NCBI GenBank assembly: GCA_026026165.1 | Contig: JAPEUD010000090.1 | Location: forward strand, 1-64,000 | Length of the DNA: 64,000 nucleotides | Origin: Sarea resinae | Taxonomy: Eukaryota | Direction: 5' to 3' | Shown: positions 50,901 to 63,546 of the stretch, in pieces | Position numbering within the stretch: position 1 is the first letter of the stretch | Layout of the letters: each line of letters starts with the position of its first letter | The notes under the pieces: model-generated | Seen by the model: the letters and a program-made list of their open reading frames with translations, nothing else | Databases searched by the model: none | Told to the model about the DNA's origin: nothing | Position numbers and translations under genes: made by a program

Positions 50901-52882
50901 GTTGTAGCGTACCAGATCACCGGTTCGGTATAGTCTTCTCGACTTACTATTGCGCGGTAGCCAGGCCGGGTCCTCGATGAAGGCAGCATCTGTCTTTGCG
51001 GAGTCTTTCAGATACCCACGAGCCAGAATAGGTCCTTCTATCAAGAGCTCTCCGATACCACCGATTGGACATAGTCGCTGCGGGTTAGAAATCTCAGTAA
51101 CCCACATCAGAGCACCAAGACCAACCCCAATATTCGATGGGGGAGTATCGGCGCTCAGCTGAGCCAGTCCAGTAGACCAGATGGTCGTTTCGGCTGGTCC
51201 GTAAATGTTGATTAGGTAGACCTGATCTGCCCATCTTCTCACGCTGTCTTCTGTGACGGCTTCACCACCGAGAGACAACGTCTCCAGGCCCGGAACATCT
51301 GCAGGATTCAGAAGACTTGCAACCGTTGGGGTGAGATACGCCCAGTTGACTCGTAATCGGCTGATCACTCCTGCCAAGTCGTTCATCCTCTCTTGCTCCG
51401 ACGGGATAATGATACAGCCCCCGTGCATCAAGGTAGAAAATATCTCTCCGATACTGACATCGAAGGTGTATGCGGCGAACTGTAGGACCCTTGATTGTTG
51501 AGAGAGACGCATCGCCGCACCATGCGCTCTTGCACTCGTGCATAAAGCCTGGTGTTCTAAAACAATGCCCTTTGGCTCGCCGGTGCTCCCTGAAGTAAAG
51601 ACAACGAATGACGGACTTGTCGGGTTAGACGGACGAAGTTTTGCATCGAAATGAATGGGGCGTGCTTGGATCGTTTCAAAGAGCGTCGGGTTGACCTTGA
51701 CGATATGCGGTACATGTCCTTTCAACATATCCTCATATTGCTGGCCGACGACGACAACTGAAGCATCGACTTTGCGTATTATGCCCTCTAAACGACTGAT
51801 TGGATGCATAGGGTTCAAGGCCACGCACGCGCCACCAGCTTTCAAGATTGCTAACATGGTCACAACAGCCCAGCGGGACTTGTCGAAACAGAATGGTACT
51901 AAGACTTCCTCGCGGACGCCTAAAAGATGAAGATGGCCCGCTAGAGACGATGCTAGATGGTCTAATTGTACGTACGTGAGAGATCCGTCCCAGGAGACTA
52001 ATGCAGGCGCATCAGGCTGTGTCCGAACCCTTTCTTCTACCAGGTTATGCATGCACGAGGTATATGATTCCGGATAGTCGGCATTCCAAGCGAAGACTTG
52101 TTCCTCGTCATGCTTGCTAAAGAGGTCCAAATCGGATATACTCGTGGAGGAATTTTGTATGATTTCGGACACACATTTGTCAAAGGTACTGGCCAAGTTC
52201 ACAGCCTGAACTTCCGCTAATACCGAGCTCAGAAAGCCAAATGTGACTTCTACCCTTTCTTGTAGAGTATTGATATTGATTGCGATAATGATCTGTGCGT
52301 AACGAGGGTCAGAAACAAGAATATTGAATTCAGCACTTAGTAGAGAAATACCTTGTCCCGTTCAAGTCCAGCAGTATCCCCGGAGATTGGATCTGTTCCC
52401 ATCCCAACATCTCTTCCCATCTCAAATTGCATTAGGGTGTCCGAAAGGGGAGACCCTTCTCGACCAACATATCGATAGATGTCCGAGAATGAATCATTGA
52501 TCGATATCTGGTGAGAAGCTTCGTCGTCGAAAGAGTGTAAAACTTGAGCGGCAGAGACGCCTTCCGCAAGGTCCGCTCGACAGATTCTTGCCTTTGGTGT
52601 CCCTCTATCAAAATTGATTTGATGAAAACAAATGTCCGAGGAGGCCGTGAAGCGTCCTAGGATTGCTGCCCAAGCGGTCTGGAATAGTGCGGGCAAGGCA
52701 ACATTTTGGTTGGCGCAGAAATCATGCAGCTTCTCACAATGCTCTTCAAGATCGAATTGGTAAGTTTGGCGCTCCTTCGCAGCATCGGTGTTTGACAGTG
52801 TCTGGGCGAAATAGCATGATTCGGCACCGGCCAAATATCTCTTCCAGTATTCGGCCGAACTCGACCCTTTGCGGTTTTCCAT
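29961..52882 (-). CDS. hexamodular NRPS, C(partial)-A-T-C-A-T-E-C-A-T-C-A-T-E-C-A-T-C-A-T-R, ~7620 aa; exons 52882-52352, 52292-29961
   Basis: Six FTSGSTG.PKG A-domain motifs (~51590, 48380, 43800, 40560, 35930, 32680). Five GGDS thiolation motifs (~50350, 47120, 42550, 39305, 34670) plus AGLNS (~31380). E domains HHLVVDLVSW (~46560) and HHLFVDLVSW (~38715), each with EGHGRE and TVGWFTT. Five internal C domains. Terminal reductase TGGTGFLG (~31090) and GYAQTK. Intron 52351-52293 joins the upstream 181-aa ORF in frame. Confidence 0.97.
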
Positions 52883-53877
52883 TTCCGCTGCTCAAATTAG
52901 ATCAGCGTGGGGAGAAACAGAGCTCACCTTTGAACTTTGATCGTATTTCGCTCCTCGCAGTGACGTTATCGGCGTTCACCGAGCAATTTTGGACTCCTTT
53001 TTGATTTGATATCGGAATGGGGATTTTCTTCGAGACGATATCTGAAAGGATCTCAGCCTGCGTCGCGGAACTCGTTCTCTGCAATGGCTACTGCTGTATC
53101 TCGTGATGGAAAAATATCAAAGCATCTTGCGGCGACAAGTGAAGTCTTCTGGTTGGAAAGCAAAGGCCCATCAGCTAGATCGAGCTGGAGATAGCTGCGC
53201 AGCGCGAAGCCATCGGGAATGTTTGGCTCCATCACTCGAATTCTAGCCTGGCCACAGTTGGTTCAGGGTCTCATTGATCCATCCAGGTCAGCATCTCAGC
53301 ATCTCAGCATCTGGGCATCTGGGCCTCTCAGCCACATCTCGGCTTGGCCACCATCGACATCGATGCAGCAAAGGAGCGGGTTAGTGTTGGATCAGCTCCC
53401 AGCTATCAGAATTAGCATTATCATCAGCATTCGAGATCCAAAGATCGCCGCATCCCTGCCGGTCCATGCAGTGGAGAGAGCAATGAGAGCCCATCAAGCC
53501 ATCATCTGAAGCAGGAGCCTCATCGTGTCGAGTCCCCGTACGAGCCTTCCTCGCTCACGCCTGGCCAGCGTTGGTAGCTGATGCAAGAGACCCCACGGGG
53601 CTCCACTGTCTGAGCACCGAGGTGGTGTTGATGAGGTGGCTGCGGAAGACGCTGACCCTGCCATGGATCATGTAATCTGTCGAAGCCAAGGTGGTGTTGG
53701 ACTTCCGGGGTACTTTTCTCTCACCTGGTGCAACGCCACGAGCGAGCGAGCGGGCACTACCAGAAGATCCCTGTGAAGATTCAATTCCACCAACAGTCAG
53801 CATCAAAACCATCATCAACACGGTCATCAACACTACAACCATCATCAACGCCATCATCATCTACACCACCATCATCG

Positions 53878-53985
<108 letters not shown>

Positions 53986-54427
53986 ACACCATCATCGACG
54001 CCGGCTTCCGTATGTCACTTCTCCCTGCGATTGAGGCTGATCTGCCTGTTTGCCCCATCCATCTCACACGAACATGGCTTGGCTGCTATCCTTGCCTCTC
54101 CGTCTACCACCAATTCTGTGAAGATTGAGTGCTCGAGATGCTGTCGACCCGGGGGCCGGGCCTACTTTGGCTTCTGCAGCTCAGCCGTGGAGATAGAACC
54201 AGTACGGTATTGCGGTAGCCGTACCGGGATGAGCACTGAGAAAGTGCCCGTCCCTCGAGGCCCCTCTTCCAAGAGCAGCGAGTATGGTAACCCAAGAACG
54301 ACACTCAGTCGGCACCGTTCTCCGCGAACAGTAGCTACCCGTCTCGAAACACCGCAGAGGCCCATCTCCATGCAACGAGCCGTGCCAATCCAAACCCCTC
54401 TCCTCTCAACGTCGCTCGTTTACTACA

Positions 54428-55559
54428 ATGGCCTCCACCGCCCCATCGATGCCGGAAAGAGAAGATTCTTTTTTCCGCCGTTTCCTCCGCTCGCAATTCA
54501 CCGCTTTGCCCTACCCGTCCACCTCGTTCGCGGACCAAACAATCATCATCACGGGCGCGAACACGGGCCTTGGCCTCGAAGCCGCCCGCCACATCGCCCG
54601 CCTTGGCGCAACAACCGTCATTCTCGCCGTGCGCGATCTGAAAAAGGGTCACGCAGCCAAAGTGTCCATCGAAGCGTCAACAAAGCGCACAGATAAAGTG
54701 GTAGAAGTGTGGCAGCTGGACCTGGCTCACACAGAAAGCGTACGCGCCTTTGCCGAGAGGGCGAACGGCTTGAAGAGGCTAGATGCCGTGATCGAGAATG
54801 CGGGCATGGTGACAGAGAAATTCCAGATCGTAAACGACGGGCATAGCGCGGCAGAGAGGACGATCGCCGTCAACGTCATCAATACCTTCCTGCTCGCTCT
54901 GCTTCTATTGCCTAAACTCCACGCCACAGCTAGCGATTGCAACACGATTCCCCGACTTGTGATCGTAGGCAGCGAGGGGTACGAAGTGGCTGCATTCAAG
55001 GAAGCAGAAGCCGACGATATCTTTGCCGCCCTGGCCGATCCAGCAAGATCAGACATGGAAGACAGGTCCGTCTCCTTTCCCCTTCTCCCTTCTTTAGCCA
55101 GAGAAATCGCCATCTCATTAACACGTGTCAAACCGATCTAGGTACAATACCTCGAAACTCCTATCCCTCTACGGCGTCCTCTCCCTATCATCCCACCTCC
55201 CTCATCCCACCAACTCCAAGCTCTCCCCTACCCAACCAGGCATAACACTTACCACCCCCACCCCCGGATTCTGCCGTTCCTCCCTCCTCCGCGAAGCGCC
55301 GTGGTACGCGTCGTGGATCAACGCGCTCGTCCTGAGGCTCCTCGGCCGCAGTGCCGAGGTGGGCAGTCGAACGCTGGTCCATGCTGCCGAACCGCACCAC
55401 CCAGAGACCCACGGGCGTTTCCTGCGCGACTGCCACGTCGAGCCTCTAGCACCGTTCGTGCGCGGTGAGAGGGCCATCGAGGTCCGAGAGAGGGTCTATG
55501 CTCAGCTGATGGAGCGCCTAGAGCGCGTCGCGCCCGGTGTCACGGACCTGCTGATCTGA
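54428..55559 (+). CDS. short-chain dehydrogenase/reductase (retinol dehydrogenase-like; AtnD-like); exons 54428-55065, 55142-55559
   Basis: TGANTGLG Rossmann motif, LAVRD..KG, LDLA, ENAG. Catalytic YxxxK (R|YNTSK) follows the intron, then PGFC.S.L.R and GSRTLV.AA. Confidence 0.93.
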
Positions 55560-56285
55560 TTTGCTCTGATCTGCTCTGTAACTCTGACTCGCACCGTGAT
55601 CAAATGAATGGGCTCGCGCAAGCTTAGTGATCATTCCATCATAGCTCTAGCTAGGTTTATCAAATCAAAATACTCTCGGCCTAGTCTAGCCCACAGGGCA
55701 TCAATTATCGCTAGGAGTGAACACGTAGCGGTAGAAGAGTAAAGTGTTGGTGTCAGTAGGCTAAGATAAAGAAGGTAAGACAGACTTTCGATCCAGACTT
55801 GCTTTGCTTGTTTCACTGTGTACGATGACCCTATTCGACCCCACAGGACGTGATATCGAATGCAGGAAAATGAAAATTACAACGACAAAGACAAAGGTAA
55901 GGAAAGAAATCACACCGAACACAGAATCGCAGATCCATCGGTCATTTTGCCAGACCAAAATCCTCCCTCTCTTTCTTTTTATAGCCCTATTTGTGCCGTA
56001 GGTCCAGAAGAGACTTCGTCCTCGAGCCAGTGCTGTCGATGGTCCGGTGGTCTGGTCCAAGGGTCTGGGTTATTGGACCAGACCATTTGGACCATTGGCA
56101 GCACTGCCTCGAGCCTCTTCCAGGCGCGCCGCTTGCCCTTCCATCACGGCCCTTATTTTGTGGGCTTAGTGCTATACCTCCTAAACCAATTTGCCTCGCA
56201 ATCAAATCTACGTCCTAATCAAACACTCTCTTAGACACACAGAACGTATCAAGTCCCCCCCCCCCCCATCATCACGGCTCCCAAG

Positions 56286-59200
56286 CTAATGGCTCGCGGG
56301 GTCAGATCCGGGCTCGAGATAACTTTCCCACTGTATGCAAGTCAGCACCAAGCACTCCAGCCAGAGCGAGAGAAAGCAAAACAACGACAATATATATGCA
56401 AGCATGCAAGTAAGGCGACAGCCAAGAAGGGTTTACAAGGTACAGCAGAAACTCACGTTATCCAAAATACCCTCGATGACGGAACTCCCAGTAGCAGCGG
56501 CCACGATCTCGAAGTACTCCCTAGACAGCTGGAACGGCTCCGCCACGAGATTTGGCACGTACTTGTCTTCCAGTTTGTCGGCATCGACCGCTTCGGGCGG
56601 AATGTGCGTCGCGAGAAAGTTGCGGAACGGGTCGACGCCTGATCGGAGCAGTCGGCTGTGGAACGGGATGTGGATGCCTCGCAGCGGTATGGTGGCTATG
56701 CCGCGCTCGAGATCGAGCGGATGTGGCTTCTGCTGCGTAAGGAGGGCGGAGGTGGTGATGACGTCGGTGAGAGTGGTGGCAGAGGGGTAGGTGAGAGCCT
56801 TGATGGACGTTTTGTGTGCCGAGAGGCGGTTCAGGACGGATGTCAGGATGTCGAGGGAATCGAGCTGGACGTGGGTTAGATCGCGGACATGTGGAATTTT
56901 GAGAATTGGACAGCGAGAGCAGGAGAGGGCGAATGATAAGAGGGGATTTACATCACCAGCGCATACGTATTGCGTATCTGCTACGTTATAGTTGACGATC
57001 TCGAGGAAACCTCCTCGTACGGCAAGGACGGACTTGATGACGAAGTCGATATCACTTTCGTCAGTTCCTACTCAACAATCAGCACTGACGCAATCTGACT
57101 AGTTGCTGAAACACGAGTACAGTACGCACCTTTGGATACCCGACTAGGATCGATAGCGCACATGGAATAGTTTGTACGCCCTGCATCATCATGCTCAACT
57201 GCGTTCTGCATGGTCAACCCGCGGTAGAAGACAACGGACGCGAGTGTATCGACCGGTATGACTTCAGCTATGGCAGCCAGAGCGGAGTACTCTCCAAGGG
57301 AATGGCCGGCGAATGTTGCTTTCTCGTCTATCAAATGTTTCGCCCGCATGTCTTTGAAATGCGCCAATTCCATCAAAGCCAATGCTGGCTGCGTGAATTG
57401 CGTGGCATGGAGTAGGCCCCGGGGCCCACGGAATGTATAGGATGGTGTGGTTTCGCTGATATCCTTGAAAATCTTTTCGGACTTCATCGTTCCATCTTGT
57501 TGGACAGCTTCGTACAAGAGTTGCATGTAGTTATGGCGAACTCTCACCCCTCGAGAGCCGCCGAAGTGGATGGTCAATTCTTTGGGGTTCTTGCGGATGA
57601 TGTCTGTGATGGCAAAGCCTGCTCTATTTTAGATTCGTCCGAGGCAACGGCATGAGAACAACTTACCGTAGCTGTCCAAGAAGTGAGTGTCGGCCTGATC
57701 CCACACCTGTCGTGCCACTGGACTGGTAGCATATAAATCCATGCCCATTGCCGGCTCCTGGCTGCCTTGTCCGGTAAAGATGTATGCTGTTCGAGGCTGC
57801 TCGATTTCCGCCCGTCCTTGAAGGACTCTTTCGCCGGAACGAGCATTGGTTGCCTCGACGTCCACTAATTTCTTGCCGTCGATCATACCGGAATGTGATA
57901 TCGTAACCAGTAACTCATCTTTCGGAAGGACAATACCCAGGAAAGAACAGTCCCAGTTTCTCATGCTGCCTGAATCAGTCCCCGAGATGCTGGACTCGAC
58001 AAGGCCGCGGACCATAGCACTGGTACACATGCCATGAGTAATCGCCTGCTGATGGCCTGCACATTGCGCAAATATGCGAGACACGTGGATAGGGTTGTAA
58101 TCTCCGGACGCGCGAGAATATGGCTCATTGGACTCGGGCATTTGCAGCCTGAGTTCTGCATGCAAGGTAATTGGTCTTTCGAAGATGAATGGCTGCTTAA
58201 CTGGAGATCCATGCCTTTGGAGGAAATCGGTGACGGCGTTCTTGACGGATGAACCCGCTGAGTAATTAACTGTTGCCACCTCAATGGCCCCTTTCGAGCT
58301 CTGAAGCACGACTCGGCCGGTAGTATCTACACGGTCGTATTGTGTATAGTCGCTATATGAATAGAGGCTTTCTAGATCAAACAACAAGGTTTTGTTCAAG
58401 AGGTCAAGCTTGGCCCCTTCTCCGGTGAGATGAAACCAATCCTTCGAGCCTAGGATTGTCTTGCTTCTCATCGAGTCAATTTCAAGTTGCATCAACGGTT
58501 CCGATTTCTGCTCAAAGGCAGTCTCGAAGTCGTTGTAAGATCCACGGAATAGGAATTGACTCGTGAGAGCTATAATCGGCCTGCGGTCGCGCGAAATGGT
58601 CCCGCGCACTTCAACGACCTTGCCCGAATTTCTTTTTATAGTGATTGACCCTATCTGAGCAGTGGAGTCCAGGATTTCTCCTTGGCGGATTGGCTCAGCA
58701 TCCCCAAGCATCTCAATCGAATTCTTTAGATGAACAAGCTTTAATAAATCACCGTCAATGCCGTTCGGGAATAGAGCTGCCATGATTGCTTTCCAAGCAA
58801 CCACAATAGCAAAATCGAGCGGCACAGAGGCTCCTGTTCCTAGCCCGTCTAGATATGCTTCATTCCGATTATGAATAGCCCCAACAAAGTTTTTGACAGC
58901 AAGGCCGCAAATTCTCATCTCTCCGCCGTCGAAGGTGTCTGATATTGAAGAAAGTGTGACAGTATCATCGATGTTCCAGAGCGAACGGTAGAACGCCTTA
59001 ATGCCGTTATTTCTGTCCTCCATAATCTCCCGGATAGGAGCGGATCCAGTATCCGGATGAAAAGAGAACCTCAGAAGCAAGCCACACGCAGTATTGTACG
59101 AGTTTCTTGATTCCCATAACATCACAAGGATCTCGTGTCTTGAGGGGGAGTAGACCTCTGCAGTGGGCGATGAGAAAGTGTTATCCCGCCGCTGCTCGCT

Positions 59201-62200
59201 CAAGCTTATGATAGCCTTTCCAGCAGCGTTGTCATGCCTGACTTCCACCTTGATTCCACGAGCTGGTGCAAATATTCTCTTGAAAGGATTTGGCACTAAC
59301 CTACGGTTCTGGACAATATGGTCTATGGTGAAAATAGCATGTTGCCATGTATGTTCCGGACAGGCAAGAAGAGAAAACCAAGAGTCTTCATCAGACTCTC
59401 CTAGGCTCTCATTCAGATGATAAGATACCGTCTCCTCCGTCTCCTGGACTTGGAGTCCTCGAATATCAAACTCGGACCGAGGTAAACCAAGTGTACCGCC
59501 GAAGTAGTCAACCACGGGGATATTGGAAGGCTGGCCGGCATGGGACTTTCCTAGAAGTTCTTCAATGTAGGCATTGTTAATCTTGTCTAGAATATCCTTG
59601 ACAGGTTCATCAATAACCTTCGAATGCCTTGCCGCGACTGGCCCTTGTAAGATGCACGTCCGACCAACATCCTCATCCACCACTGACACTAGGTCTTCGG
59701 ATTGCCAGAGTGAGTCTTTTTTGAACCAGTACTCGAAATTCTCATCTAATGCTGGTATAAAAGGCACGGGTTTCTGTCCGGATCGTCTACACAGAACCAG
59801 GAAGTACTGAATGTCCTCAGCAGTGACTGGCTGATGGCGAGAAGCAGGATATGATAGTAGCAAGTCTTCCACGGCTACATATGGTGCATCAAGTTCATCG
59901 TAGCTCTTCAGTACAGCAACGCGGCGATTGGAATTCCGGGGAGCTAGTCGCTCTTCTAATCGCCGGATGAAGTCTCCCGTCAGATTTCTGTACGAAACGT
60001 CGATCCAGCGCTCTTCTTTCGCCACATACATAAGATCCACCATTCTCCAGACGCACTCCGCGTAGGTCATCGTACCAATATCGACGGGCCTTCCAGACTC
60101 GCTTCTTCCAAACCAAACCTTCTGAAAGTCTGTATTCAGCTTCTGGATGATATAATTTCTCTGCCTTAGCAGCTCCGGGACTCGCTTGGATCGTTCAAGT
60201 GCAAATATCTGTTTGTCCATTTCGGCCCAGAAGAGAACGCCTCTTGTAGCAAGCATATGTATTGGCTCACCCATCTCTGAAGTGACGGTGATGATTCCAC
60301 CAGCAGGCCCTTTATAAGTCTGTTCCCAATCGTTATCGTCGAGGCCTTTCGCGTCAACAATGGCTTGCTTTGCGGCAGGACTTGTGTGCGCTTCTTTAGC
60401 AGTCATAATTCGACTTCCTAGCAAAACACCATCAAATGGCATATATGGGAAGCCAAACTTCTCGGACCATGAGCCATTGAGATAAGGGATGGTATCGTCT
60501 GCCCCTCCAAAACCACTGCCAGCAACTAATATGATGTTGTGCATTCTCCTAATCTGGCTATATTTCTCAAGTATCGGCTCATGGAAGTCTTCGAAAGAAT
60601 GATGTCCACCTCCTCGGCCACCTGTCCACTGAAGCATAATTGGAAACCGAGGGTTGGCTTTTGCGATTTCCACAACGGCCTGGATAGCATTGACCGAGCC
60701 CGGCTTGAAGGCTATGTGCGAAATACCTATGTCTCGTATATAGCTATTAGCTGTCTCAAGAGATGGGACCCCAGCACCTATAGTCAGACCCGTAATTGGT
60801 AGGCCTTCGGAGCAGAGCTTAGTGATCAATGGGATCTGCCATCCTATTGACCGCGGATTTGCGTAGATGACATTGCAAGCTATTCCTCGGCCTGGAGAAA
60901 GTACAGCAACTAGCTTATGAATAGCTTCTTCTAAATCTTCGGCATTGTGATATCCTCCACAAGCGAGTTCGACGTAGTAGCCCGAATTCGTGATAGCGGC
61001 GACAAAGTCCCACGGTACGGTGCAAGGGGTCATACCGGCCACCATGATTGGCGGCAAGCCCAAGAACCTGCTCATTTTAGTATCGACAAATGTCTCTGCC
61101 ATAGATGTTTGAATCAAGTGGGGTCCATATGTGTTTCTCCAGTTGACGGCATAGGAAACCGGCCCTTTTGGGCTTGTGATTTCAGGCAAGTAGCCTAGGT
61201 CAGGGTTCGTCCCTTCGAGCGCTGTTGCTAGAACGATTCGTACGCCGGTACCATCCTTTTGTTGATTTGTAAGGCTAACGAGGCCGGTGGTTCCGCCTGG
61301 TCCAAAGTCAAGGATATGAGTGACTTGGCAAAATGCAGTAGCTTTCTGCCAGTAGACCGCATCTCTGGTGATGAGGCATACCATCTCGCGGACCAAATTG
61401 GAGGCCTTTCTAAGATCAGATCCAGTGTGGGTATCAAAGACGGGAATTCTAAGAGCGTCTCCCGAAAGGGAGATGTCTCTGAGATCTTCCATGATTAAAT
61501 CCATTGCCGCGCCTGCGTAAGGACTGTGGAAGGGTACTGTTATGGGTAGAAATCTGCTCGTGAATTGCATGACACGGTCTCCAAACGGGATTCTAGCTAT
61601 ATTCCGTTTGGGATCTTGGTTGGCCTTATAGGGCCGAAGCTTGATGTTGAGGCCGTATAGCGACATGGGCGGTCCCGCAATCACAAATTGGCGAGGTCCA
61701 TTGATCAGAGCGAAATGTATCTGTTTTGTTGATGGAAGATGATGATTGATCTCTTCTATATGCTTTTGCATAACAGCTTTCGGAAGTCCACGAACGCTCA
61801 GCATTGGTGACGGGCTTCCTTCTTCGTACTGCAATGAGTCTTGGATGACGGGAGCGGAGATGGAAGTGTGGGGGAAGATTTGCTGCGTTCGACATCCAAT
61901 CCAGAATAGTGTCCTCACAGCTCCCTGTGATGCTTGCTCGAATGACTTCCATGAGTCAGACATTGAAATGGCGGCCGCAATGACAATCCCCTGGGAATGG
62001 CCCGTGCTACCCCCCAAGAGCCCTCGGAGCTCACCGGGAGTTCTGCCGGATGTTTGGCATATGACAGAGTAGCGCATCAATTGGCCGACTCCGATCAGAG
62101 GGAGGCTCACGGGTGCAGAGAGGAGATATTCCAAGTCAGGTCGACTCTCCGGATTCTGTAACCATCCCAGAAAATCGAGACCTTTCGGATACAGTTCATT

Positions 62201-62860
62201 GACTCTCGAATCACACGAAAGTGACCGCAAGTCCGCCGAGAGTGGTACGAGGAGATCATCGAGGAACCCTGGATACGTATCATATGTCTCTTCCAATTCT
62301 TCAAAGTAGCTCTCTGCGCCTTGGCCATTGAAGATGGCGAAAAGCTGGGCTTTGCCCTCTGCCGCATCTCGGAAGAGGGCCGTCTCATGCTGCGACAACG
62401 GGCGATGAATCATTTGACACGATCTATAATAGGATTTGAGCACGGCTTGCTTCCTATCCTTGCTTCCTGGCAAAGTTGCGACCACAGTGTGAAGGTCGGC
62501 GTCGCGAAGGAAAACCTCTTCAAGCTCGCAGAGAAGGCATTCGAGGATCTTGTTAAAAGATAGTTGGCGATCTTCATCCTCCTCGATTTCGGCTCTTGAC
62601 GTGACTTCATCCACAAACTTCGAAAACAACTCCAATTCCGACAGGGGTTCCTGCCCCGAAAGAGACCCCGCGCGGTATAATCTGAGATCAGAAGTAAACG
62701 AATTCTCAATTTCGGAAATGTGAGCAAAGATCGACTCGCGGACAAAGAAGGAAAAGTGTGTTTCGCCATGTTGTAAAGTCAATAATCGGTCGGACGATGG
62801 ACGCGGTACAGAGATTCGAGTCTGCCAGGATGAGCCTGGAGAGGAGCTTCCTGTGCGCAT
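56286..62860 (-). CDS. fas1: fungal type I fatty acid synthase beta subunit (AT-ER-DH-MPT), ~2083 aa, probably a secondary-metabolism copy; exons 62860-57667, 57618-57130, 57067-56952, 56864-56457, 56330-56286
   Basis: AT GHSQG; ER VAGMTP, FKPGS, GGRGGGHHSFEDFH, WFKKDSLWQSED; DH SGDYNPIH and ITHGM; MPT FTGQGSQ, TQFTQPAL, AGHSLGEY, PFHS. Four GT-AG introns give a continuous frame ending ILDN|WESY. Confidence 0.95.
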
Positions 62861-63498
62861 TTTGGTAAAAGCCTTCAAGAAAATGCTTGAGATACACAGT
62901 TCGAGTCAAATGAAATCAAGAATTGCAAGAAGGCCATCACTCAGATCGATATGGCTGGCCCGTCGCATGGAGGTAATGTCATTGATACGGTATTGATTGA
63001 TGCAGTACCGCTATGTTAGTAAAGTTGAGAGACCAATATCAAACAAGCTTCAGTATGCGAGCCAAACAATGTCTAGGCCGTACAAAACACAAAAGGAAAG
63101 TTGCGCTGACCAAAGACACAGCCGTGTCTAATTTGGTCTTGCAGAGCCACACATGTGGCCGATGTAAGCCAATGGCCAAGGGCCCCAAAAAGCATTTCGG
63201 CTGACGCGAATTAGGTACAGTAATCGTCGGATCGCCTAGGCCGCATAGACCGCTATGAAGTCAAGAACATCAACAATCCTCAAGACCGCATGTTGGCGTA
63301 GTGGTGCAGATCTTACGGATCGCACATCCAAATGGCTTTCATCGACCATTGCGGCGAGTTATCTCAGCACTAGGTACAGGACACTGAGCATACAACTGTA
63401 GGAGATGATCATCTGTCATCTCTTGTCCATCAGCTATCGATCGTTGCCCGCAGGTGCTAGGATGAACTTACCATGAAAAGTCGAAGACGACTGCTGGG

Positions 63499-63546
63499 GA
63501 AGCCAACGCCGAAGCCAACGCCGAAGCCAACGCCGAAGCCAACGCC
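63499..63546. repeat. perfect 12-bp tandem repeat GAAGCCAACGCC x4
   Basis: Directly visible upstream of the FAS beta gene. Confidence 0.9.

Noticed and set aside
29977..51930. Dozens of short ORFs inside the NRPS
   Set aside because: Antisense or out-of-frame shadows of one continuous coding exon.
29961..52882. Calling the NRPS atnA, a peptaibol synthetase or an HC-toxin/apicidin synthetase
   Set aside because: Orthology cannot be shown without alignment. There is no N-terminal PKS module as in peptaibol synthetases, and six modules with R release do not fit cyclic tetrapeptide synthetases.
52902..53235. Additional N-terminal coding exons for the NRPS
   Set aside because: The frame that would splice in has no ATG before an upstream stop, and the 53053-53235 ORF ends in a stop with no clear donor. 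Not excluded without transcript data.
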